Notes: generated by a model from the sequence alone, not told the origin. Shown: positions 36,960-46,144, numbered from the whole stretch's first letter. The stretch is DNA of 58,813 bases, filler included, from 3 parts of 3 records of this genome joined end to end with filler, not necessarily neighbours in it; one strand, 5' to 3'. Numbers and translations: made by a program.

Positions 36960-38225
36960 ATGACCCAAAGCCTGCACGACACCGCGCTGGAGCTGTTCCG
37001 CAGTGCCATTGACCGCGCTGATCCCGCCGCCGCCGTGCGTGCACACCTCGCCACGCAGCCGCTTGCACCGCTTGAGGGGGAGGGCCGCCGCATCGTTATC
37101 GCCGTGGGCAAGGCCGCGGTGCCGATGATGCGCGCCGCACTGGCCACCCTGCCCGAAGCCCCCGCCACCGCGCTGGCCATCACCAACCCGGAGAATCAAG
37201 CGGATCTCGCCGGGGCCGAGGTCATCACCGGCGCACATCCCGTCCCGGACCAGACCAGCGCCGCCGCCGGGGCGCGGGTGCTCGATCTGCTGAAGGACCT
37301 CAGCCCACAGGATCAGGTGCTCATGCTGATCTCCGGCGGTGGCTCCGCCCTGATGGTGGCACCAGCACCGGGGCTGACCCTCACGGACAAGGCCGCCGTC
37401 AACGAGATGCTGCTGGCCTCCGGGCTGGACATCAATCGCATGAACCTGATCCGCCAGAACCTGTCACAGCTCAAGGGCGGCGGTCTCTGTCGTGCTGCCG
37501 CCCCCGCACGGGTCACCGCGTTGATCCTGTCGGATGTCATCGGCGACGACCTGCGCGCCATCGCCTCCGGCCCCACCGTCGCCCCGCTCGGCACCGCACA
37601 GGACGCCCGCGCGCTGCTGCAGGACCAAGGACTGTGGCACACCCTGCCCGAAACGGTGCAAACCCATCTGCCAGAAGCCGGTGCCGCCCACGAAACGCCC
37701 GTGGCGCAAAACATCCTGATCGGCTCCAACCGCTTCAGCCTGGAGGCGATGCGCGACCGGGCCGAGGCCCTCGGCTGGCATGTGCCAGAGCTGATCGCCG
37801 ACCTCACCGGCGACGTGACAGAGGCCGCCACCCGCGTGCGAGCGGCTGCACAATCCGCCCCCAAGGACCGCCCCGTCGCGCTGTTGTTCGGCGGCGAGAC
37901 CACCGTGCGCCTGACCGGCACCGGCCGCGGCGGGCGCAATCAGGAGCTTGCCCTGCGCATCGCACAGGCGGCAGATGGGCTGGACGGGGATTGGGTGTTC
38001 CTCTCCGGCGGCACCGATGGCCGCGATGGCCCCACGGATGCGGCGGGTGGTCTGGTCACCCCGCGGACCTGGGCACAGATTGCGCAGGCAGGCGCGGACC
38101 CAGAGGCATTGTTGAACAATAACGACAGCTACGCCGCGCTGCGGGCTGCAGACGCGCTGGTCAGCATCGGCGGCACCGGCACCAATGTGGCGGATGTGCA
38201 AATCCTGCTGCGTCGCCCCGCCTGA
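36960..38225 (+). CDS. Glycerate 2-kinase (MOFRL/TtuD family)
   Basis: AVGKAA, AHPVPD, LISGGGSAL, LKGGGL, GGETTV, GGRNQE, GTDGRDG, TGTNVAD. Confidence 0.93.
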   Translation: MTQSLHDTALELFRSAIDRADPAAAVRAHLATQPLAPLEGEGRRIVIAVGKAAVPMMRAALATLPEAPATALAITNPENQADLAGAEVITGAHPVPDQTSAAAGARVLDLLKDLSPQDQVLMLISGGGSALMVAPAPGLTLTDKAAVNEMLLASGLDINRMNLIRQNLSQLKGGGLCRAAAPARVTALILSDVIGDDLRAIASGPTVAPLGTAQDARALLQDQGLWHTLPETVQTHLPEAGAAHETPVAQNILIGSNRFSLEAMRDRAEALGWHVPELIADLTGDVTEAATRVRAAAQSAPKDRPVALLFGGETTVRLTGTGRGGRNQELALRIAQAADGLDGDWVFLSGGTDGRDGPTDAAGGLVTPRTWAQIAQAGADPEALLNNNDSYAALRAADALVSIGGTGTNVADVQILLRRPA

Positions 38226-38231
38226 CGCGGC

Positions 38232-38666
38232 TCAGTCGTCCAGCTCGTAAAGGTCGTTCAGCAGGTCCAGCAGCGCCTCATAGCGGTCCGGCCCCATTTT
38301 CTCGCGCGTGCGTTCGATCAATTCGAGGCTGGCGTCGATATTCTCCTCGATCACCGTGTCCCCTGCCGCGGTCAGGGTAATCACCTGACGGCGACGGTCG
38401 GCCTCGTCGCGGACCCGGTTGATCAAGCCCTTCTCCTCCAGCTTCTGCAGGATCCGGGTCAGGCTCGGCAGCAGCAAACAGGCACGATCAGCAATCTGCG
38501 TCGGATCGATCGGCCCGCTTTCCTGCACCACTCGCAGCACCCGCCATTGTTGTTCGGTCAGATCAACGTCGCTCAGCAAATGACGAATCGGCCCCATCAC
38601 CCGCTCGCGCGCGCGCAGCAAGGCAATGGGAAGAGAGCGGTCCGTGGAGGGCAATGCATGTGTCAT
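38232..38666 (-). CDS. hpaR: MarR-family repressor of the homoprotocatechuate operon
   Basis: SLPIALLRARERVM, LTEQQWRVLR, LLPSLTRIL; divergent from the hpa operon. Confidence 0.93.
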   Translation of the reverse strand: MTHALPSTDRSLPIALLRARERVMGPIRHLLSDVDLTEQQWRVLRVVQESGPIDPTQIADRACLLLPSLTRILQKLEEKGLINRVRDEADRRRQVITLTAAGDTVIEENIDASLELIERTREKMGPDRYEALLDLLNDLYELDD

Positions 38667-38712
38667 GCCCTCCTGTATCGCCCTGAACGGCAATCTTGGC
38701 AATCATTTCGCG

Positions 38713-38788
38713 AAGTTAAGTAATTTCCGCAGCCTGTCGTTGACAGCAAGGGCACATAAAGATAACATGTTAAGCAGTTTGGGAGGAG
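38713..38788 (+). promoter_or_regulatory. Sigma70 promoter of the hpa operon with two candidate HpaR operators
   Basis: TTGACA (38740-38745), 17-bp spacer, TAACAT (38763-38768). Related 14-mers AAGTTAAGTAATTT (38713-38726) and ATGTTAAGCAGTTT (38767-38780); GGAGGAG RBS. Confidence 0.7.
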
Positions 38789-38795
38789 GACCCGA

Positions 38796-39191
38796 ATGCC
38801 CCATATCACCTTGGACTACGCACCCCGGCTGGCGCAGATCATCGACATGGCGCAGCTCTGCGACCTGTTGCGCCGTGCAGCCATCGACACCGGCGTCCTG
38901 CCGCTGGCAGGCGTCCGGGTCCGTGCCTTTGCAGCGGACCACGTCAGCATGGCCGATGGCAACCGCGACTTCATGTATCTCGACATTTCGGTCCGCTTGC
39001 GCGGCGGGCGCGACCTTGCCACGCGCAAGGCCGCTACCGAGACGATCTTCAACGCCGCCCGCGCCTATCTCGCCCCGGCGATGGACGCCCACCCCATCGC
39101 GCTCTCGCTGGAGATGCGCGACATCGACCCCGCGCTTTCGCCCAAATGCGGCAGCATCCGCGATCATCTGAGCACAGGAGACCCCGCATGA
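38796..39191 (+). CDS. hpaF: 5-carboxymethyl-2-hydroxymuconate isomerase
   Basis: MPH start with catalytic Pro, PLAGVRVRA, GGRD, LSLEMRDI. Confidence 0.9.
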   Translation: MPHITLDYAPRLAQIIDMAQLCDLLRRAAIDTGVLPLAGVRVRAFAADHVSMADGNRDFMYLDISVRLRGGRDLATRKAATETIFNAARAYLAPAMDAHPIALSLEMRDIDPALSPKCGSIRDHLSTGDPA

Positions 39192-40699
39192 GCGATCTCG
39201 CCGCCAATCTCGCCACACTCGACGCCCTGCTGGACAAACACCGCGCAAGCGGCCTCACCAACCTGATCAATGGCGCGGCCCGCCCCGCCGCCTCCGGCCA
39301 GACGTTCGAGACCACCTCCCCGGTGGACGAAAGCCTGATCTGCACCGTGGCCCGTGGCGATGCCACTGACATCGACGCCGCGGCCCAGGCCGCCAAGGCT
39401 GCCTTTCCCGCCTGGCGCGACATGCCCGCCACCGAGCGCAAGGCGATCCTGCATCGCATCGCCGACGGCATCGTTGCCCGCGCCGAGGAAATCGCGCTCT
39501 GTGAATGCTGGGACACCGGTCAGGCCCTGCGCTTCATGTCCAAGGCGGCCCTGCGCGGTGCGGATAACTTCCGCTTCTTTGCCGACCGCGCGCCCAGCGC
39601 CCGGGACGGCCAGATGCTGCCCTCGCCGACGCTGATGAATGTGACCACCCGGGTGCCGCTCGGCCCGATCGGCGTCATCACGCCGTGGAACACGCCCTTT
39701 ATGCTCTCGACGTGGAAGATCGCGCCCGCGCTGGCCGCAGGCTGCACGGTGGTGCATAAACCGGCGGAATTCTCGCCCCTTACCGCCCGCATCCTTGCCG
39801 AAATCGCCCATGATGCCGGCCTGCCGCCGGGCGTGTGGAACCTGGTGAATGGCCTGGGCGAAGAGGCGGGCCGCGCCCTCACCGAACACCCGGACATCAA
39901 GGCCATTGCCTTTGTCGGCGAGAGCAAGACCGGCTCGATGATCATGGCCCAGGGGGCACCGACCCTGAAGCGGGTGCATTTCGAACTCGGCGGCAAGAAC
40001 CCGGTGGTGGTCTTTGACGATGCCGACCTGGACCGCGCCTTGGATGCAGCGATCTTCATGATCTACTCGCTGAATGGCGAGCGCTGCACCTCCTCCTCCC
40101 GCCTGCTGATCCACCAGGACATCGCCGAGGACTTCGAGGCCAGACTGATCGAGCGCGTCAACAATATTCAGGTCGGCCACCCGCTGGACCCAAAAACCGA
40201 GATCGGCCCGCTGATCCACAAGGTCCACTTCGACAAGGTGACCTCCTATTTCGACATCGCCCGCAAGGACGGCGCCACCATCGCTGCCGGCGGCGCGCGC
40301 CACGGCGACACAGGCTGGTTCGTCCGCCCCACTCTCTTCACCGGGGCCACCAACGACATGACCATCGCGCAGGAGGAAATCTTCGGCCCGGTCCTCACCG
40401 CCATCCGCTTCACCGACGAGGCAGAGGCGCTGAGCATCGCCAATGACACGCAGTATGGGCTCACCGCCTATGTCTGGACCAATGATGTGACCCGCGCCAT
40501 GCGCTTCACCAACCAGCTCGAGGCCGGGATGATCTGGGTGAACTCGGAAAACGTCCGCCACCTGCCAACCCCCTTCGGCGGCGTCAAAGCATCCGGGATC
40601 GGCCGTGACGGCGGCGACTGGAGCTTTGAGTTTTACATGGAACAGAAACACATCGGCTTTGCCACCGGGCACCACAAAATCCCCCGTCTTGGCGCCTGA
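39188..40699 (+). CDS. hpaE: 5-carboxymethyl-2-hydroxymuconate semialdehyde dehydrogenase
   Basis: ITPWNTPFMLSTWK, FELGGKNP, SLNGERCTSSSR, EEIFGPV. Confidence 0.95.
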   Translation: MSDLAANLATLDALLDKHRASGLTNLINGAARPAASGQTFETTSPVDESLICTVARGDATDIDAAAQAAKAAFPAWRDMPATERKAILHRIADGIVARAEEIALCECWDTGQALRFMSKAALRGADNFRFFADRAPSARDGQMLPSPTLMNVTTRVPLGPIGVITPWNTPFMLSTWKIAPALAAGCTVVHKPAEFSPLTARILAEIAHDAGLPPGVWNLVNGLGEEAGRALTEHPDIKAIAFVGESKTGSMIMAQGAPTLKRVHFELGGKNPVVVFDDADLDRALDAAIFMIYSLNGERCTSSSRLLIHQDIAEDFEARLIERVNNIQVGHPLDPKTEIGPLIHKVHFDKVTSYFDIARKDGATIAAGGARHGDTGWFVRPTLFTGATNDMTIAQEEIFGPVLTAIRFTDEAEALSIANDTQYGLTAYVWTNDVTRAMRFTNQLEAGMIWVNSENVRHLPTPFGGVKASGIGRDGGDWSFEFYMEQKHIGFATGHHKIPRLGA

Positions 40700-40701
40700 G
40701 C

Positions 40702-40753
40702 CCTTCAGATTCTCCCAAATATCCCGGGGAGCGCGAGGGGCAGAGCCCCTCGC
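40702..40753 (+). repeat. REP-like intergenic element (family B) ending in a perfect hairpin
   Basis: CTTCAGATTCTCCCAAATATCCCGGGGA followed by GCGAGGGGC-AGA-GCCCCTCGC, inside the hpaE-hpaD spacer. Confidence 0.55.
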
Positions 40754-40797
40754 ATGTCGCCCTAACATTCGGCCTGTCCATTCGGAGGAGACCCGAC

Positions 40798-41778
40798 ATG
40801 CCCATTCCCGCACCGACCCTCTACCCGCCCTTCAACATCACCCGCCTCAGCCATGTTGAATACGGCGTCACCGATCTTGCCGCCTCCCGCGCTTTCTATG
40901 TCGACATCCTCGGCCTGCAAGTCACGGCAGAGGACGACAACCGCATCTACCTGCGCGCGATGGAGGAACGCGGTCACCACTGCATCATCCTGCGTCAATC
41001 CCACAGCGCCGGCGTCTCCTGCCTCGGCTTCAAACTCTACGACACCCCTGAACTCGACAAAGCCGCCGCCTTCTTCGAGGGCAAGGGCCTCCCGGTGGAG
41101 TGGATCGAGCGCCCCTTCATGGGGAAGTGCTTCCGCACCCGCGATCCATGGGGTGTGCCGCTGGAATTCTACGTCAAGATGGACCGCCTGCCGCCGATCC
41201 ACCAGCAGTACAGGCTCTACAACGGCGTCAAACCTCTGCGCATCGACCACTTCAACATGTTCTCCGCCAATGTGGACGAGGCGATCGCCTTTTACGGCGA
41301 GATGGGATTTCGCGTCACCGAATATACCGAGGATGACGAGTCCGGTCGCGTCTGGGCCGCATGGATGCACCGCAAGGGCGGCGTGCATGATGTGGCCTTC
41401 ACCAATGGCACCGGGCCGCGCCTGCATCACACCGCCTTCTGGGTGCCAACCCCGCTCAATATCATCGACCTTCTCGACCTGATGGCCACCACCGGCTACG
41501 TCGCCAATATCGAGCGCGGCCCCGGCCGCCACGGCATCTCCAACGCCTTCTTCCTCTATGTGCGCGATCCTGATGGCCACCGGATTGAGATCTATTGCTC
41601 GGACTATCAGACCTGCGACGCAGACCTGGAACCGATCAAATGGTCCCTCACCGATCCTCAGCGTCAGACCCTCTGGGGCGCACCCGCGCCGCGCAGCTGG
41701 TTCGAGGAAGGGTCGCTGTTTGACGGTGCCGAGATCCGCGACAGTGACCTTAAAGCGCAGCCGATCATCGCGCCATAA
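40798..41778 (+). CDS. hpaD: 3,4-dihydroxyphenylacetate 2,3-dioxygenase (VOC/type I extradiol)
   Basis: RIDHFN, GGVHDVAFT, RLHHTAF, ERGPGRHGISNAFFLYVRDPDGHRIEIY. Confidence 0.95.
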   Translation: MPIPAPTLYPPFNITRLSHVEYGVTDLAASRAFYVDILGLQVTAEDDNRIYLRAMEERGHHCIILRQSHSAGVSCLGFKLYDTPELDKAAAFFEGKGLPVEWIERPFMGKCFRTRDPWGVPLEFYVKMDRLPPIHQQYRLYNGVKPLRIDHFNMFSANVDEAIAFYGEMGFRVTEYTEDDESGRVWAAWMHRKGGVHDVAFTNGTGPRLHHTAFWVPTPLNIIDLLDLMATTGYVANIERGPGRHGISNAFFLYVRDPDGHRIEIYCSDYQTCDADLEPIKWSLTDPQRQTLWGAPAPRSWFEEGSLFDGAEIRDSDLKAQPIIAP

Positions 41779-41788
41779 AATGACAGAA

Positions 41789-41854
41789 GGACAGCGCCCG
41801 AGCCTGGGTGGGGGCGAAAGCCCCCTCCCGTGGGGAGGGTCGGGGGCTGTCCGG
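41789..41854 (-). repeat. REP/MITE-like intergenic element (family A, copy 2)
   Basis: Reverse-complement copy of 35882-35942; terminal inverted repeat GGACAGCGCCCGA ... TCGGGGGCTGTCC. Confidence 0.8.
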
Positions 41855-41881
41855 GCTTAAGCCCGAACTAGGGAGCATTAC

Positions 41882-43294
41882 ATGAACTGGACCGATTTCG
41901 CATCCTGGGGCCGCAAGGTAGCCGACTGGGCGCAGGACTACCACCTCACAGTGGGCGAACGCCCGGTGCGCGCGCAGACCAAACCCGGCGATATGCTGAA
42001 CGCCCTGCCCGAGACCCCGCCAGAACAAGGCGAGGGGATGGAGGCGATCTTTGCCGACTTTGAGGAAAAGGTGATGCCCGGTATCACCCATTGGCAGCAC
42101 CCGCGCTTCTTTGCCTATTTCGCCTCCAATGCCGCCGCGCCCTCGGTGCTGGCAGAATTCCTGACCTCCGCCATCGCACCGCAATGCATGCTCTGGCAGA
42201 CCTCTCCGGCGGCGACCGAGATGGAAACCCGGATGATGGACTGGCTGCGCCAATCCCTTGGCCTGCCGAGCGAATTTCGCGGCGTCATCCAGGACAGCGC
42301 CTCCTCCGCCACTCTCGCGGCCGTGCTCACCATGCGCGAACGGGCCTTGAACTGGCAGGGCAACCAAAAGGGGCTGTCCGGCCAGCCGACCTTGCGCATC
42401 TATTGCTCGGCGGAGGTGCATTCGTCTGTGGATCGCGCCATCTGGGTGGCAGGCATCGGGCAGGCCAATCTCGTGCGCGTGCCAATCAAAGGCGACTGGC
42501 GCGGCATGGACCCCACCGCCCTTGAGGCCGCCATTGAGGCCGACAAGGCCGCAGGCCTGCACCCCGCTGGAGTCATCCTCTGTGTGGGCGGCACCGGCAC
42601 CGGCGCCACGGACCCCATCGCGGACTGCATCAAAGTGGCGCAAAATCACGGGCTTTACACCCATGTGGATGCCGCTTGGGCCGGTTCCGCGATGATCTGC
42701 CCGGAGTTTCGCGCCTATTGGCCGGGCATTGAGGGTGCCGACAGCATCGTCTTCAACCCGCACAAATGGCTCGGCGCGCAGTTTGATTGCTCGGCGCATT
42801 TCCTGCGCAATGCGGACGATCTGGTACGCACTCTCGCCATCAGCCCGGAATACCTCAAAACCCACGGTCACGACGGCATCATCAACTATTCCGAATGGTC
42901 GGTCCCCTTGGGCCGTCGCTTCCGCGCGCTGAAGATCTGGTTCCTGATCCGCACCTACGGCATTGAAGGATTGCGACAACGCATCCGCAATCACGTTGCA
43001 TGGGCGCGCCAACTTCACGACGCGCTTACACAAGAGCCGGATTTTGAGATCGTCACCCCGCCGATGTGGTCGCTCTGGACTTTCCGCTACACGCCTGACG
43101 GGGCCACGGACCTCGATGCGCTGAACCTTGAGCTGGTCAACAAGATCAATGACGATGGCCGCATCTACCTCACCCAGACCCGCGTCGACGGCGCGCTGGT
43201 GATCCGGTTTCAGGCGGGCGCGTTTGAAACAACCGAGGCTGACATCATGCTGGCCCATGATGTGATCACCGAGATTGCAAGAGAACTGAAATGA
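41882..43294 (+). CDS. Group II PLP-dependent aromatic-L-amino-acid decarboxylase (DDC/TyrDC-like)
   Basis: PGITHWQHPRFFAYF, SPAATEME, VHSS, HVDAAWAG, FNPHKWL (PLP lysine), PEYL, LGRRFRALKIWF. Confidence 0.92.
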   Translation: MNWTDFASWGRKVADWAQDYHLTVGERPVRAQTKPGDMLNALPETPPEQGEGMEAIFADFEEKVMPGITHWQHPRFFAYFASNAAAPSVLAEFLTSAIAPQCMLWQTSPAATEMETRMMDWLRQSLGLPSEFRGVIQDSASSATLAAVLTMRERALNWQGNQKGLSGQPTLRIYCSAEVHSSVDRAIWVAGIGQANLVRVPIKGDWRGMDPTALEAAIEADKAAGLHPAGVILCVGGTGTGATDPIADCIKVAQNHGLYTHVDAAWAGSAMICPEFRAYWPGIEGADSIVFNPHKWLGAQFDCSAHFLRNADDLVRTLAISPEYLKTHGHDGIINYSEWSVPLGRRFRALKIWFLIRTYGIEGLRQRIRNHVAWARQLHDALTQEPDFEIVTPPMWSLWTFRYTPDGATDLDALNLELVNKINDDGRIYLTQTRVDGALVIRFQAGAFETTEADIMLAHDVITEIARELK

Positions 43295-44151
43295 TGCGCT
43301 TTGCCACCTATACCACCGCGGGCGAGACTTTCTATGGCGCCATCACCGACGCGGGCGCCATTGCTCTCTCACCAGATTTCCCCGACTGGCCAAGCCTGCG
43401 CGAGGTGATCGAGGCCAACGCCCTCCATACCCTCGCCCAAGCCGCACAGGGGCGGGATGTGACCCATACACTCGACCAGATCACCTATCAGATCCCGGTG
43501 CCCCGGCCGGAAAAGATCATCTGCGTTGGCGTCAACTTTCCCGACCGCAATGCGGAATACAAGGACGGGCAAGCGGCGCCGCCAAACATGTCGCTGTTTC
43601 CGCGTTTTGCGCGCAGCTTCACCGGCGCAGGTAGCCCGCTGATCCGCCCCCCGGAAAGCCCGCAGCTGGATTACGAGGGCGAGATCGCCATTGTCATCGG
43701 CAAGGGCGGCCGCCGCATCGCGGAAGAGAACGCCTATGCCCATATCGCCGCGATATCCCTCTGTAATGAAGGCACAATTCGCGACTGGGTGCGTCATGCC
43801 AAATTCAACGTCACGCAGGGCAAGAACTGGGACTCCTCCGGCGCGATCGGTCCCTGGCTGGTGCCCTTCACCGCGCCCGCGCAGCTCGATGACATACGCC
43901 TCACCACCAAGGTCAATGGGGAGCTGAGACAGGATGATCGCACCTCCCGGATGCTGTTCCCGATCCGCCGTCAGATCGCCTATATCTCCACCTTCACCAC
44001 GCTGGTGCCCGGCGACATCATCGTCACCGGCACCCCCACCGGCGCCGGTGCGCGGTTTGACCCGCCACGGTTCCTGAAACCCGGCGACGTGATCGAGGTC
44101 GAGGGCGAAGGCATCGGCATTCTGCGCAACACTGTGGAGGATGAGGCATGA
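43291..44151 (+). CDS. Fumarylacetoacetate-hydrolase-family protein (HpaG-like decarboxylase/isomerase)
   Basis: KIICVGVN, LDYEGEIA, QGKNW, GDIIVTGTP; hpa context. Confidence 0.88.
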   Translation: MMRFATYTTAGETFYGAITDAGAIALSPDFPDWPSLREVIEANALHTLAQAAQGRDVTHTLDQITYQIPVPRPEKIICVGVNFPDRNAEYKDGQAAPPNMSLFPRFARSFTGAGSPLIRPPESPQLDYEGEIAIVIGKGGRRIAEENAYAHIAAISLCNEGTIRDWVRHAKFNVTQGKNWDSSGAIGPWLVPFTAPAQLDDIRLTTKVNGELRQDDRTSRMLFPIRRQIAYISTFTTLVPGDIIVTGTPTGAGARFDPPRFLKPGDVIEVEGEGIGILRNTVEDEA

Positions 44152-44948
44152 CCCCAGATCAACACGCAGAGGCCGCCGCCCAGCTGCTGCGCGCCGAGGA
44201 GACAGGTCAGCAATGCGGTCTCCTTTCGCTCGTCTATCCGGGCATGACGCTGGACGACGCCTATGCGGTGCAGGCCGCACTGGTGGCGCAGAAACTCGCG
44301 CAAGGTCGCCGCAAAATCGGCTGGAAGATCGGCCTCACCAGCCGCGCCATGCAGCAGGCGCTAAATATCACCACGCCGGACTCGGGCCTGCTCCTCGATG
44401 ATATGGTGTTTAAAAATGCCAGCACCGTGCCCGCCGGTCGCTTCATCCAACCCCGCGTCGAGGCCGAGATTGCCTTTGTGATGAAATCCCCACTCGCGGG
44501 CCGCGACTGCACCCGCGAAGACATCCTGAAGGCCACCGATTATGTGGCCCCGTCGCTGGAGATCCTCGACACCCGCATCCTGCGCACCGATCCCAAAACC
44601 GGGCAGGCGCGGATTATCACCGACACCATCAGCGACAACGCCGCCAATGCGGGCATCGTGATGGGCGCGGCCAAACACGCGGTTGACGCCTTTGATCTGC
44701 GTCGCGTCGGTGCGATCCTGAAACGCGATGGCGTGGTGGAGGAAACCGGCCTAGGCGCGGGCGTGCTGGACGATCCCGCCATCTCGGTCCTGTGGCTGGC
44801 GCGACGCATGGCGGACTATGGACAACAGATCGAGGCGGGCGATATCGTCCTGTCAGGCTCCTTCATCCGGCCAGTGGAATGCCCGCCCGGAACCCAGATA
44901 CATGCCGATTTTGCCGATTTTGGCACGGTCGAGATTTCATTTGAATAA
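44148..44948 (+). CDS. hpaH: 2-oxo-hept-4-ene-1,7-dioate hydratase
   Basis: DAYAVQ, GWKIGLTSRAMQ, PRVEAEIAF, DTISDNAANAG, LSGSF. Confidence 0.94.
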   Translation: MTPDQHAEAAAQLLRAEETGQQCGLLSLVYPGMTLDDAYAVQAALVAQKLAQGRRKIGWKIGLTSRAMQQALNITTPDSGLLLDDMVFKNASTVPAGRFIQPRVEAEIAFVMKSPLAGRDCTREDILKATDYVAPSLEILDTRILRTDPKTGQARIITDTISDNAANAGIVMGAAKHAVDAFDLRRVGAILKRDGVVEETGLGAGVLDDPAISVLWLARRMADYGQQIEAGDIVLSGSFIRPVECPPGTQIHADFADFGTVEISFE

Positions 44949-44960
44949 AAGAGGTTAGAC

Positions 44961-45740
44961 ATGGCCGCGCCGAAAAATCACTTCAAACAGGCCCTCGCCG
45001 AGGGTCAGCGTCAGATCGGCTGCTGGTGCAGCTTCGGCGAGGCCATCACAACCGAATTGATGGGCACCGCGGGCTTTGACTGGCTGGTGATCGACGGCGA
45101 ACACGCCCCCAACGACATCCGCTCGATCCGCGACCAGTTGGTCGCACTTGCGACATCCAGCGCCGAACCGGTGGTGCGGGTGCCGATCGGCGAGACCTGG
45201 ATCATCAAACAAGTGCTGGATGCCGGCGCGCAGACGATTCTGGTGCCAATGGTGGAAACCGCAGATCAGGCCGCCGAACTGGTCCGCGCCTGTCGCTATC
45301 CGCCCGAGGGCACACGCGGTGTCGGCGCGGCGGGAGCGCGCGCCACCCGCTTTGGCGGCACGCCGGAGTATATTCAGACCGCAGACGCGCAGATCTGCCT
45401 GTTGTTGCAGGTGGAAAACCGCATCGGCATCGAGAATCTCGATGCCATCCTCGCGGTAGAGGGGGTCGACGGGGTCTTTATCGGCCCGGCGGATCTGTCC
45501 ACCGACATGGGCCATCAGGGCAACTCCGCCCATCCGGAGGTGCGCGCAGTGATCGCCGACGCCATCACAAGGATCAAGGCGGCGGGCAAAGCGCCCGGCA
45601 TTCTTGGTGTCACCGAAGAGGCGACACAGGCCTATGCCGATATGGGCGCACAGTTCCTCGCGGTCGGGATCGACGTGGTCTTGCTGGCGCAGAGCGCACG
45701 GGCGCTGGCCTCCCGATGGTCAGACGACGGAACCGGCTGA
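44961..45740 (+). CDS. hpaI: 4-hydroxy-2-oxoheptanedioate aldolase
   Basis: FDWLVIDGEHAPND, RYPPEGTRG, QVEN, VFIGPADLS. Confidence 0.92.
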   Translation: MAAPKNHFKQALAEGQRQIGCWCSFGEAITTELMGTAGFDWLVIDGEHAPNDIRSIRDQLVALATSSAEPVVRVPIGETWIIKQVLDAGAQTILVPMVETADQAAELVRACRYPPEGTRGVGAAGARATRFGGTPEYIQTADAQICLLLQVENRIGIENLDAILAVEGVDGVFIGPADLSTDMGHQGNSAHPEVRAVIADAITRIKAAGKAPGILGVTEEATQAYADMGAQFLAVGIDVVLLAQSARALASRWSDDGTG

Positions 45741-45765
45741 GGTAAAGCACTGCCAACGCAACCGC

Positions 45766-45798
45766 ACCGCCGTGCCTGTTGCCCACGGGAACGGCGGT
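45766..45798. terminator. Hairpin between convergent genes (possible terminator)
   Basis: ACCGCCGT ... ACGGCGGT stem; no strong U-tract. Confidence 0.45.
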
Positions 45799-45820
45799 CT
45801 CAGTTCATCGCGCGGTGACC

Positions 45821-46144
45821 TCAGTGCATCTGTGGCAAACCGCCAAAGCGTTTTTCCAACTCGACGCGGGGATGACCCAGCAGGCCAAAGGTGCAGATCT
45901 CGACGCGGCTTTGCAGGTCCACCAGACGCAGACGGCCGGCACGGGGCTTCATGTCAAATCCCTTGCCGCGCAGCATCTCCCGCAGGGTCGGCCAGCTGTC
46001 GGCCGTGGTCATCGGCTCGCTCAGGTTGGCCCGCAGCAACATCATTGACTCGGAGTCCAGACGCTCTCGGGTGCTGGCACAGCCCCAAGCGGTTTGCCCA
46101 TACGTCAGCTTTTCGACTTCGTCATTCTGGTCATGAAAACTCAT
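45821..46144 (-). CDS. Small hypothetical protein
   Basis: 107-aa ORF with GGAGG RBS, filling the gap between hpaI and the DUF4139 gene. Confidence 0.7.
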   Translation of the reverse strand: MSFHDQNDEVEKLTYGQTAWGCASTRERLDSESMMLLRANLSEPMTTADSWPTLREMLRGKGFDMKPRAGRLRLVDLQSRVEICTFGLLGHPRVELEKRFGGLPQMH

